A stretch of 64,000 nt of DNA from Camelus dromedarius. Lineage: Eukaryota. The stretch covers positions 40,302,001 to 40,366,000 of the forward strand of contig NC_087447.1 of assembly GCF_036321535.1 (NCBI RefSeq), read 5' to 3'. A model generated the notes under the pieces. The model saw nothing but the letters and a program-made list of their open reading frames with translations, had not been told where the DNA came from and searched no databases. Shown here piece by piece: positions 14,124 to 25,700 of the stretch; position 1 is the stretch's first letter; each line of letters begins with the position of its first letter. Both the position numbers and the translations under genes were made by a program.

Positions 14124-15371
14124 GTAAGTGCATCTCATTTTGCCAATTGCCACATTATGTCTTTTGAAATTTATACTTATGTTGCCTAGAAATAGTGTCT
14201 CTTTAACAGCTGTATTCTACTGTTTCTGGAAACCAGTTTATCCATTCTTCTGCTGAAAAAGTCGTTTTCACATTTTTGCTTGTGAGTAGTTCTTCTGTAA
14301 ACATCGTGATACATACCTCCTCAGGCCCATGGCCGTAAACTTCTGCAGGACAGACAGACCTGGGTGCGTGCTAACTTTGTAGGTAATTTTCAACAGGTTA
14401 CAACTAATTTGGGGCCACTTCCTCAACCATGGAATGAGATTCCAATAGAGAAAATGTGAGAACTTAGAATTTTTGAATGATAATTCCAGGAATTTCTTCC
14501 AACACCCTAAAAGAAAAAGAAAATGTCCTTGGTGGGTACAGAGCTTAGATTAGTGTATGATGGATATTGTGGCATTTTAGAAAGTTCCTGACCCTATTGG
14601 ATGATTGATCTGGATGGCTCTGGATGACTGCCTGCTCTGTGTGCCCCTGGGCCTGTCTGCTCACAATGACCACCCAGACTGTGACCCTTTCTCAAGTCAG
14701 GCCCCAAACACAGAGGGTTTCCCTATGTTCCCTGACTCCTGCCTCTAAACTTGTTGGCACCCAGAGCATGTGTGTTTGGGGGCGGGGGAATCTGGTTGAG
14801 GCCCATCTGCTTGTCTGTGACTGCCTCAGGTATGAAGCTGGGCAGGGGATGCACTTGTATTTGGGGACTGTAGGTTTCCTTATCTTTCCTTTCTTTCATC
14901 TTTTTTTTATCTCTTTGTTTTTTGCTAGCTTCACTTAATAATGGCACTATTGATACATTCTGACATTTAGGAGTACAAAATTTAGACACACCACTCCCCC
15001 AACCCCACCTCCATGGGAGAAAACACGTAGCCATCACTTGGGGCAGCTCAACATTCTTCTTTTTTTAAAGTTCAGTCTAAAAGTCAAGATCTCCAGACTT
15101 CAGGGCAAAAGATACAAGGTAGAAGTCTTATTCAGGGAAATTCCCTGGTTTTTAAGCCAGCAATGTGGAGGAATGGAAGACCATGGTTTGCTCTGTAAAT
15201 CTGCATCGTTGCAACCCTTGGCTGAGCCCCGAAATGCGCCCTCTGGCTGCAGCCTCCATTCGGCTTTGGTTTCTTTTTAGTGTCTGTGCCCAGAGTGGCA
15301 AGGTGGGGTATCTGGAGATTCAGCTCTGGGCTCTTTGCATGGGATTGGCCATGATAAAATAAATTTTCACA

Positions 15372-15851
15372 TATTGAGGTATGCGGAAGTCATTCTGGCT
15401 TATACGTGAGTTAACTTGAATTTTATGCTAACTGAAACAGCCTGTTTGTGGCTTATCAAACATACTTTGTATATCTGCTTTAATTATTAAAGAAAAGGGC
15501 ACACTGACCAGAAGTAAAGAATGCCCACATTAAAAATAAAGATTAAATGCCTCTCTTCCTGGGACGCCAGTGCTGGTCCTCCTCTGATAAGACTCCCTTC
15601 CCAGGTGCCAAGGCCACACGGCACATGCTGGACGTGTACGTGCTGGTCAGGTTTTTTGGAAACCTTGAAGAAATGTATCCCTGACTTGTTTGTTCTGACA
15701 AGATATAAAAGTGTGCCGAAAACCCTGCTTCTCTGGAGCAGTTTCTCAGAGGAACCTGGGAATCGGGCTTCCAGGCTGGTCCTCAGTTTGGCTCAGATGA
15801 AACTCTTTTCTATTCTTATTATTGATTGTTTGTTGATCATTTTTGTCGGCA
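15372..15851 (+). mobile_element. ERV solo LTR
   Basis: TATAAAA at 15704-15710 followed by R/U5-like sequence (gtcctcagtttggctcagatgaaactc...ttttgtcggca); no clear TSD. Confidence 0.6.
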
Positions 15852-16299
15852 GCCACCCCTGGAAAGCTAATGAATAGCTGAGCCAGGTCTGCCAAACAAC
15901 CAGGGGACAGAGCAGGGGATGTTGGGAGTGAGGAGGCTTTCCCTGAATTTTCAGGACGGCTTGGCCCAGAGACCCAGAAGTTGAAGAGAACATGGCTAGA
16001 AGCCACATCTTGGTGACAAACGATGATTTTGAGAGTTCTGGGGGCAAAAAAAAAAAAAAAAAAAAAAGGCAGTCACGAGAAAGAAAGCGTGAGAGCACTG
16101 GCTTCAGAGTCAGCCACACGCGGAGTCTCCTCCCAGACCCACTCACCTGCTGTCTGGCTCTGGGCAGATGGCCTAATTTCTCTGAGTCTCCACGCCCTCG
16201 CTATAGATTTGGGGTTTGCACAGTGCCTGATTCTAAGGAGGCCCCCAGTGTGCTTTCTTCTCCATTGACGCTTTGCTGTGGACTCAGCTGTATGAAATA

Positions 16300-16855
16300 T
16301 GACAAAGAGGCCCCTGCAGGGGAGGAGAACAGCATCTCCAGCTGGGCCTAATAATTAAACTGACACAAGACAGAATAACAGGAGAAAAACATCCACATTT
16401 TGTTAAAATTTTATGTGTACATGGGAGCCTTCACAAGAAAATGAAGACCTGAGGAAGAGCCCAGAGCAGAAAGCTCATGCACCTTCTAGACAAAGGAATG
16501 ATAAATTTATTAAGAAATGACAAGGCAAAGGGGTAGAGGTAGGGACAGTGAATTGTAGGGAAATGACTGGGTGCTAAGTAGGGGAGACTAGTAGAAGATA
16601 CGGGTTATTTTAGTAAGTGTGTTTGTACAGATCCATCTTGGCACCGACTCCCCCTCTGGTGATAAGGATGTTCTCTTCCCGCTACAGGGAGGGCACCTCT
16701 CTCTCATGGGAAATTTTAGGGCCTATTTTAAGGTAGAAAAGGGCAGGTCAGTGAGCCCTTCCTGCATCTGCTGTTTCTCAAGTGCCTTCAGTTCAAAATC
16801 ATCAATATGCCAAAGTGGCATACTTTGGGGGTGGCCTGTCCTGAATTCCTTCCCC
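16300..16855 (-). mobile_element. ERV1-type LTR (MER4-group-like)
   Basis: aattaaactgacacaagacagaataacaggagaaaa...aatcatcaatatgccaaagtggcatactttgggg resembles recalled ERV1 LTR consensus. Confidence 0.65.
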
Positions 16856-17751
16856 AAACACATGTCTTCTAAGTGGTCACCTGCAGAAATTGCTTGTCTC
16901 ATCCTCCCACGTCATCTTATAATTCTTGGCCAGGGTGATAGCAGAGGAGTTTGGCAGTGAAGGGTCAAGGCTCTGGAGCCAGATTCCTAGGTTCAAATCC
17001 CATTTCAACCACTCAGGAGGTATGTGACTTCCTTGGGGAAGTTTCCTTATTGTGAGCTGGGAATAAAGGTAGTAGCACTAACCTCAGAGGTTGTTTGAGA
17101 ATTAAATGAGTTAATACCTGCTCCTGGCACACAGTGGGTGCTCAGTCATGTTACTGCTATATTGATACATCAATAGCAATGGCTATAAAGAACAGCCCAT
17201 CCGTTTCTCAGGGGCCCAGTGTGTATTGTAACGGAGGCCCTGATGACACGAAGGTGAGCATGTCAGCCTCTGCCTCTTAGGTGCTCCTGGTTGCTGGGGG
17301 GAAATGGGCCAGTGACTGGGCAGACCATGGCAAATCAGGGCTGCCATGGGGAAGCATGTGGTGCTAGGGAAACCTAGGGGAGAGATGGGATGGAGTAGGG
17401 ACAGGTAACGAGAGACTCTGAGTCTTGAAAGATGAGGTGGAGTTAGCCAGGCCGAGGAGAGGAGGGAGGGCTGTCCAGACAGAAAGAGGAACAGGAAAAA
17501 ATAGGAGTTTTTGATAAATAAAACACAGGTTCATTCAAAATTTTTTTGAGTGCTCCCTGTTGTAGGCACTCATTTATTGTAAAAATTGTTTAAAAATAGT
17601 GAGTGCTCCCTGTTCTAGGCACTAGGAAGACAGCTGTGAATAGACAAAGTTCTGCTCTCATTACGACAGCTAATGTTTATAGCCCACTTATCACATGCCC
17701 CACGCTTCCCTGCATGTGCTATGCTCGTGACCTATGAGGTACCCCACTCCT

Positions 17752-18207
17752 TGTCGACTGAATTAAAAACAGACAACATGAGAGCTGTGAGTTTCAGTTT
17801 TACCTGGGGACTTGCTGAGAACTATAGCATCTCAGAAAGCTCTGAGGAACCTCTCTAAAGAAGGGGGGAAGATCAGTATATCTGTGACTTTGGCAAAGGG
17901 GTTACATGCAACCAAGCACACATTTCCGTAGAAAGTGGAGATGGCTGCTTAGCCATGAGGAGCAGGTACCTTGCTTAACGGTTTTAGTGCTTTTCCAAGC
18001 ACAGGAAGATTCAAGAGTTTGGGTTTGTATAATTTTCTCCTGAAAATATCTAACTATCTGAAGGGCCTGTCCTGCCAGTTTTCCCAGAGCATAAGCACCT
18101 CGTTCCTGATCTCTGCCCGCACTCTGCCAGGTTTGTTGACTGTACTCGACTACAGAGTCTGACTTCGTTCTTGTAGAACTACACGACAAGTGACATTTTT
18201 AGTTGTC
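17752..18207 (-). mobile_element. ERV1-type solo LTR adjacent to the promoter
   Basis: Begins TGTCGACTGAA; gagagctgtgagtttcagttttacctgggg and ttctcctgaaaatatctaactatctgaaggg resemble laurasiatherian LTR consensus. Confidence 0.6.
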
Positions 18208-18789
18208 GTACTATAACCTCTATTTTGCTTTGGGGTTAACTGGTGAACAGACAAATCTGATAACTTGGTCAGACTAGTAAAGTCCTAAGGAGCAGAGCTG
18301 GGACTGACACTAGGCAGTCTGGCCGCAGGTGTCTGGCTGGTCTTTACTGTGTTACGCCCGTAGGGAGCTTAATAACATTCTGCGGAGCTACTGCAGGAGC
18401 TACAAGTGAGTTTTCTTGGCTGGAGTATGGCGTCAACCGTGGCAGACAGATTAAGGCCAGCCTGTGATGGGCCTTGACTGCCAGGTTAAGGGGCTTGGAT
18501 TTTATCCTGCCTGCGGGGTAGAGGACGCCTTGGAAAGAGCAAGGTGGACCACAGGAAGAACGCTTTCCCCCCGCCTCCCGTAAACTGTGGCAAAAATCTG
18601 GGCCAGAGATGATAATGGACTGGGATGCGGCGGGGCAGTGGGATACGGGGAAGAGGACAGCTTCGCGTAGAGCCACTCTCGGTGGTTTAGGAGGCTGGCC
18701 TGGGGCGGGAGGGCGCCGGCGCCCGGGTTGGCCAATGGCGGCGGGCTGGGCCGGGCCCCTCCCGCGGGGCGGGGGCTGGCGGGAGGGCG

Positions 18790-18963
18790 GGGCGAGAGCT
18801 GCGGGCTCGTTCGGGTACCGGTGCTGCCGCATCCCCGCCGCGCTCCCCGCACCGGAGGCCAGCCCACAGCTCGGTTCCTGCTCCGGCTCCGTAGCCCCGC
18901 GGCGACCCGCCAGCGAAGCCTAGCAAGTCCAGCCCGGAGCGCAGCTCGGCCCAGTCTGGGTGG
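18790..18963 (+). other. DKK3: Probable upstream non-coding exon of DKK3 (ends approximate)
   Basis: Lies downstream of the CCAAT/GC boxes and ends at tandem donor candidates G|gtgggt (gt at 18960) and G|gtgagg (gt at 18964). Candidate acceptor cgcag| at 19542. Confidence 0.45.
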
Positions 18964-19571
18964 GTGAGGGGCGGCGGCGGGGAAGCGGGGTGGCTCAGCT
19001 CGGTCCTTCCTGACTGGGCGCTGGACTTGGTTCCGACCCTGCGGGTGGGGGTGGGGGTGCTGACCCGTTTTCTGACCACCCCATATGGAGGCTGGGATAG
19101 AGATAGGGTGGGAGTAGGGTAGGCTTCAGAGCTGTGCTCTGACCCGGTCCGGGGTGGGGGGGCAGGGCTCGAACCCGGGACCCAGCCGGGCTGGGAAGAT
19201 AGTGGTGCTACAACCGTTAAGGGGGGGGGGGGGGCGTGTCCAGGTTCTGTTGCCCTCGGAGGGGGCTATCACTTGGTGAGGGGGTCAGAGCCCAGCCTGT
19301 GCCCAAGAATGGTGGTGGGGGTACGGAGGGGATTCTGGCGTGCGGCTGGAGCGGGCAGGGGGCTTCCCTGTCCAGAGGAACTGCGTCCGTAAGGGACTCG
19401 ATTTCGTCCCATCTGGGGGTGGGTGCGGGGCGCCAGGGGCGGGTCGGAGCTCAGAGTGCCCGGCGGCTGTGGGGCGGGGCGGGGCGCCGGCGCGGGCGAG
19501 AGGGTGGTCGGCGCCCCTGTGACAGCATTCTGGAACGCGCAGGCGGCGACAGCGGCGGGCGCAGAGAGGAG

Positions 19572-19784
19572 ATGCGGCGGCTCGGGGGTACCCTGCTATG
19601 CCTGCTGCTGGCGGCGGCGGTCCCCACGGCCCCCGTGCCGGCTCCAGCGGTGACTTCGGCTCCGGTTGAGTCTGGCCCGGCTCTCAGCTACCCGCAGGAA
19701 GAGGCCACCCTCAACGAGATGTTCCGCGAGGTTGAGGAACTGATGGAGGACACGCAGCACAAACTGCGCAGCGCGGTGGAGGAG
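19572..19784 (+). CDS. DKK3: DKK3 coding exon 1 (signal peptide and N-terminal region)
   Basis: ATG at 19572; [21 protein letters not shown]...[32 protein letters not shown]; donor GAG|gtgggt at 19785. Confidence 0.97.
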
Positions 19785-22700
19785 GTGGGTGCGTCCCAAG
19801 GGCCCGCGCTCCTGGGAGGCCGGAGGCTGGCGACCGCGGGGGCTGGGGAAGCAGTGCTGCGGGGGCTGGCCAGGGTTCTCCGGTCTGCGACGGGCTGGGC
19901 AGGGCCGGCAGCAGATTCCAAGAGATCTGGAGCAAGCGCGGGGTGATCCCAACTCCCACCTCATTCTGCCTTCCTGCCAAAAGATCTAGATCTGAGGCTG
20001 TCCATCCAGAGACTCCGCTTGGACCCACCCACGGGCAGCCGGAGGTACCACCTGCCTGCAGGCTGACCGCCATCACCCCACAATTATCTTCAGGTGTGCA
20101 GTTGGCCTCATCCTGTTTTAAATGGATGCTTGCAAGGGCCCTGGTACTCTAGCGCCTTGGTTTTGCAGAGGAAGCTCCAGGCATCTCAAGTTCTAGCTTG
20201 TCTGTTGGGCTTCGAGCTTGTCATGTTCCCAAGTAACAAGGCGCCATAAGGCGACAAAGAGCCCTGAGCTTGGCTGGTAGTCTGTCTGGGCTTTCTCAAG
20301 TGCCATGTGGGGCCGAGAAGGAAACTAGGAGTCCCAAAGCCCAGCAGTGTCAATTGTTAGAGGGTGGGTGAGAGGAGGAGGGGCAGTGTGAAAGGCAGGC
20401 CCCCAACCCAACCCCACCCCAAGAGTGCTCTGGAGTCAGTCCTGGGCTCAAGGTCTCCTCTGCCCCTCAGCAGCAAGGTGGCATTTGACAATTCCCTTAA
20501 GATCCTGTACCTCAGTTTCCTGTGAGAATTAAGTCTACGATATGTGTGGCACCTGGCGTATAGTAGCTGCGTGATATACAGCAGCTGTTAGTATCAGAGA
20601 CCAGATACCTTGGGAAAACTTTGCCTGGCTTCTTCCTTTCATTGCCTCCCAGGTGCAAACACTACAGATGGTATCCTCTAGGGTGGGCACCCACGCATTG
20701 CCAGGGCTGCTTGGACAGGAGGTGTCGCTGGCCCAGCTCTTGCAGCCAGGTAGCCCTGCTGCCTGGGATGGGTGGGCATGGCCACCATTGGGCCTGGCTC
20801 TGGCTACAGCCTGTCTTTGGAGAGAAACCAGCCTTCCCAGGGAAGGAGTCAGTGAAAGACCAGATGTCCAGGCTCGTAAGTCAGGCAGCTCCACATCCCT
20901 GCTTCTCCACGTTGCGTTTGGGCAGAGCCTCAAAGCTGGCTCTGGTCAACCAGGAGAGATGACTTTCTTCCTCCAGCCCTCTATCATTTGGGGCTATTTC
21001 TCCTTCCTTCCCACAACAGTCAACCCAGTGGACACTGGTGAAGGGGACACTAGATTGGGAGGCAGTTACGTGGGCAGCTGTACCTGAATGCCCACTGGGC
21101 AGGCCAGATTCCAAAACCCGTGGACTTTGTTTCCTGTGAAAGCGGAAGAATCATGACATGGGACGATGAAAGAGGTGGGGGAGTCAGATAGGCCCCAGTG
21201 TCTCTTAACTCTGCACCTTCAAACTGAACTGAGCTCATGAGCCTTCTAGCCCCAGAGCAGTTCTCTGCTTTTCTTCTCTGGGTTCTAGAACTTTCCCTGC
21301 TGCACATGGATTCTTAGACTGACCAAGTCACCTCCACATTCTTATTCAGTGTGACCTTGCCCGTGCAGCATGGTTCTCTGCCGGCAGCCCCCAGTGAGGG
21401 GGGGCAGGGGGCTCTTCAGCCTCTTCGTTGATCATAGCAGTTTGGGGCCCAGCGGGACATGGGAAGTGGTGTCCACTCTGAGGGAGTTGTCCACATTGGC
21501 TCTGCCTGGGCTCCGGCCTTCTTTCTCCAGACATGGCTCTGCTTGACTTGTGCAGATAGGCTGGCTGCAGTTTGCCACCAGGGGAGACATTGTCTGTTAC
21601 CCCTACCCTACTCAGTGCGCACCAACCTTCCTTTATCTCATCCCAGCTCTGCCACTTACTAGCGATGGGATCCAGGCTCTAAAATGGAAAAAGTGTACTC
21701 CTAGGGGTAAAGGGGAGAAGTAAATGAGGGGATGCAAGTAAAGCAAGTTATCTGACCATCTAAAATGGGGTTAAGTAAAATTGGTGTCGTGTAAGTTGCC
21801 CGCTTGTGTGGTTGTTATAAGGACCATGGGAAATTGTTGGTTCTCAGTAAATAATGACCATCATTATCATCACGTTAATATTACTACTATGAATAATAAA
21901 AAAGGACCAGCAGGGTCCAATATATAATAGATTCTCAATAGATCATGGCTATTACTATTAATTTTTTTAAAAAAAGACTACCAGAAAGCCCCTTAAATCT
22001 CATAAACACAAGATAGTTGCTATTTACTTGTCGTCCCTGGGAAGAGCCAAGAGGACCCACGGCCAGATGCATTAATTGTTTGCATAGTTGCATCATGAAT
22101 CTGCTTTCAAGTAACTTCCTGACATTTAAAATATTCAGCTGACTCAAACTGTTGATTTCTCTTAAGGGGAAAAAGTTAACTCTACTTGTAGCATCATTAT
22201 TGAAGGGAAGCAAATCTTTAAATGGTGCGGTTTGGGCTCTTCCTGTCTTCCTGCTTTATTATTCTATGTGTTATTGATAAATGTATTTTGAGGCTAAAAT
22301 CACTGCCCCCTCTGGTCATTGCCTCGTCTGTAACTGGCATATTTTGGAATGCTCTGCTCACCCCTCCTATATGAGGAAGAACCCCAGTTACCTCTCCAGT
22401 TTTTCTTACTGTGCTTCTTTAACAAACACAGATTCAACCAACCTCAGATGTTATTTTAAATAATATTCACATTCCTTCTCTATGAAACAAGTCCTATTGC
22501 TTCAGGCTTAAGTTTCTCCTGCTAGTGGCAGTAATAGTTGTGGTTGAAATTTCCATTGTAAACTGTACTTTAGTTCATGGTGCCTTGGAAGAGCTGTTAG
22601 CTCATTCTGTGGAAATAACTACTGGTTAAGAGAGAGATGGTTTTCTATAAAGACTGTCTGCTCAGCCCTGAGCAAATTCCAGATTTGGTAACTTGTCAGT

Positions 22701-25700
22701 TACTTGAAAGCCAAACTGCAGGATTCCGATTCCTATGGGAATTTTGAAAACATTAAAACACTCCCTTCTCCTTCTGGATATAGCCCACCTCCCCAGCATC
22801 TCCAGGCTGCTGTTCTTTTCCAGCTGTATCTTTTGTGTTGCTACACATGCCAGGATCTCTTGCTTAAAACAAATTTTAAAAGCCGTTTTCCTAGTCTTAA
22901 GCATCCAATCTTAGCTTCATTCAATTTCTTCTCCATTTGTTAGCAAGCCCTTCAAACACACGTTATCCACTATGTCCTCTTTCCACTTCTACTCGAACAT
23001 TCCCTGGCAAACTAGCTGCTTCTAGAACCACTTTCTTCAGGGACTATATTATGCAAGTAGCTATGCACTACACCTTTGCTGGGTGGCAGATACTGTACAA
23101 AGCACTTGGATTTCGTGGTCCTTAATCTTACATCTGCTCAACAAAATAGAATCACCCCCATTTTACAAACAAGAGAGCTGAGGTTTAGAGAGGTATTTGG
23201 TGTCTTGCCCAAGGTCACGTGGCTACTTTGTGGCAGAGCTGGGACTTGGCCCCATGTTCCCTGACTCTAAAACCTGGGCACGCTCTACTGTGCTGCCCTC
23301 TGATGAGGCTGGGGGCGACTTCTTGCCTTACGGTGGCCAGCTCTCAGCGGCCCGGTCCTTGTAGATTTACTTGGAGCCTTTACCATCTAGGAGGTCCCTC
23401 CCCAGATATAAGCTCTGACACCCAGCCTGCTTCTAGCCAGTCCCCTTGCTCTGTTCTCTTCCTTCCTTGGACTCTGTATTGTCTCCCAGCTAGTCTTCAG
23501 AACTTGCTTGCTTCAACCCCCCATGGCTTGGTGCAGAGTTTCTTACCCGGGGAAGAGCAGAGGGGAAGGAATACTTCAGAGTCATCTGGGAAACGCACTG
23601 GTGTGTGGGGTCCCCCCTGAAATTGTAATTCAGCAGGGCTGGAAGGGATCCAGATATGTGTTTTTTCTCTCCTCCCACGTTTTGGGCAAGTCCTGATTGG
23701 GAACAAGGCCGACACCCTCTGCTTTAGAACTGCCTATGGCTCTACCTGTCAGCCCATCTCTACTTCATCAGCCATCACTTTATCCAGTGAGGGTCCAGGG
23801 TGTACCCCCTGCCCTCACCCAAAACATACCGTTCTCATCCAGGCTGCCACAGTTTCGCCTCCTCTGTGCTCCCCTCTGTCCAAATCGTTTCTGTCCTTTG
23901 AGGCCAGGCCAATCATGCCTCCTCCTCCACCTGGAAGCCTTTTTTCTCTCTTCTTTGAACGCCTGACTTGCTTCCAGAGACTGTCATGATCATCCTCAAA
24001 CTTGCTTGCTTGGGGCTCTCCTATTTCCCCAGTAAAAACATGAGCAGAATAATACACTGGGAAAGACACGTAATTTGGAGTCAGACTGCCCTGAGTTCTA
24101 ATCCAAGCTTCGCCACTTACAATGTGATGACCTTAGGCAGATTCCTTAGCCTTTGTCAGCCTCGTAGTTTTCTTCATCTGCCAAGTGAGAGTAGTAACAC
24201 TTCCTCATAGAGCTGCTGTGAGTAACTGAGGAGATACGGAAGGGTCTGGGGCAAGGGCTCAGGCATAGGTGATGCCCAGGCTCGGCAGCTCTTGTGATGA
24301 GAATGGGGATGGTGGGGACGGAGCCAGTGATCAGGCTTCAGACATCTCAGGAGGTGTTGTTGGGTCAAACCTGGTGGTTGCTGACCGAGTCCTCATTTGG
24401 TTATCTGAGCCTTCATGCCGACCAGACTTTACTAACACTTCTTTGTGCTACACTGAGACGTGGGAATTCTTTCGTCATATACACCCCACTCAGCACATCT
24501 GGTTGGGAAAGGCAGGAAAAGAGGGGCCTCCTTTAGTATGGAAGGGAATTACATTACATATGACAGTGATTTTTTTTTTATTTAAATAGGAAAATATTTT
24601 TTGAGGATTCGTTTTAAGGAATAAACATAGCTCAAAGATCACCCTGTTGGAAAATCGCCAACCACCAACTACCAACTACAACTTCTCTTTGTGTCTCTCA
24701 TTTTAAATTCCTAGAGAGAGTGTCTAGTTGGCTCAACTAGTCCATGACGTGGCCTCTGTTTGAGTCCAATCAGCTATGACTGGTCACGTTGTCACCTGTG
24801 CATTCCTCTGGGCTTGGGCTGGGAGATAAATCCAGAGCAGGACATTGAGTGCAAATTCAAGTTGACTGACATATCTGAGATAGATGTCATGGAGGCTCAG
24901 GAGACTGATGGTCTGAAGACAGTGGCCTCGGAAAACTGCCCTAGGAAAGGACACATGGGCAGGAAGAGCCAGAAGGAAGGTGCACCCTGGGAAGTAGTCA
25001 CCTGACCCTCACAAGGGTCCCTCTTGTCCTCGGGGGTGGGTGAGGAAGGAGACATAGCTGTAGCCCTTCCTGCAGGGAGGAAAGGGCTGTCTTAGATTGG
25101 GTCCCCTCCCCCACCTGGCCCTGCCACAAGGATGTGGGTGTAAATACTTTATTGCGATGTGATCCCAGAAACACTAGGAGGAAGTAGGAAAGTGAGATGG
25201 AAGAGAAGACGAGCAGTAAACCCTGTGCTGATGGACAGATTACTGCTTGGGACAGCTAGGGCTCCATCCTGCCAGAGGTCCTTGGACAGATTACTGCTTG
25301 GGACAGCTAGGGCTCCATCCTGCCAGAGGTCCTTGGAGAGAGGCTATCCCACTGCGAGGAGAGGGAGCCCCTGTACCTGCCCTTCACTGGTTGAGGGTTG
25401 TTCCTGGGGTGTTCAGGTCCTGTGCAGACTGAGCACACTTGCACAGCCAGAGAATGCCCTCAGAGAGAGAGAGGGTTGGTTGTTGGCACGTAAGGGAATT
25501 GAATGCAGGTGACCTCCCAACCAGACCATGGGGAGATGGGTGGGGCACCAGGAGAATTCATACAGGGGTTAAGACTGTTCAGTGGAAGCCTCTCAGATCC
25601 CAGCTCTGCCCTTCACTGAGAATCTTTCAGAAGTTAACTAGTTTTCCTGAGCCTCAGTTGTCCCATTTGTAAAGTGGGGACATTAACACCCACCTCATAG

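Larger units (their letters stand above)
18560..19960 (+). promoter_or_regulatory. CpG-island promoter of DKK3 with two GC-box clusters
   Basis: Very high GC and CpG density. CCAAT at 18732-18736 lies among GGGCGG boxes (~18703, ~18785). A second cluster GGGGCGGGGCGGGGCG at 19471-19486 sits just upstream of the ATG. Confidence 0.9.

Noticed and set aside
19236..19946. 236-aa single-exon ORF
   Set aside because: Only 19572-19784 is DKK3 coding; the remainder is GC-rich UTR or intron read-through.
17547..25337. Direct repeats (17547-17623 and 25232-25337) as CRISPR-like arrays
   Set aside because: Each has only two units, the context is eukaryotic and there are no cas genes.
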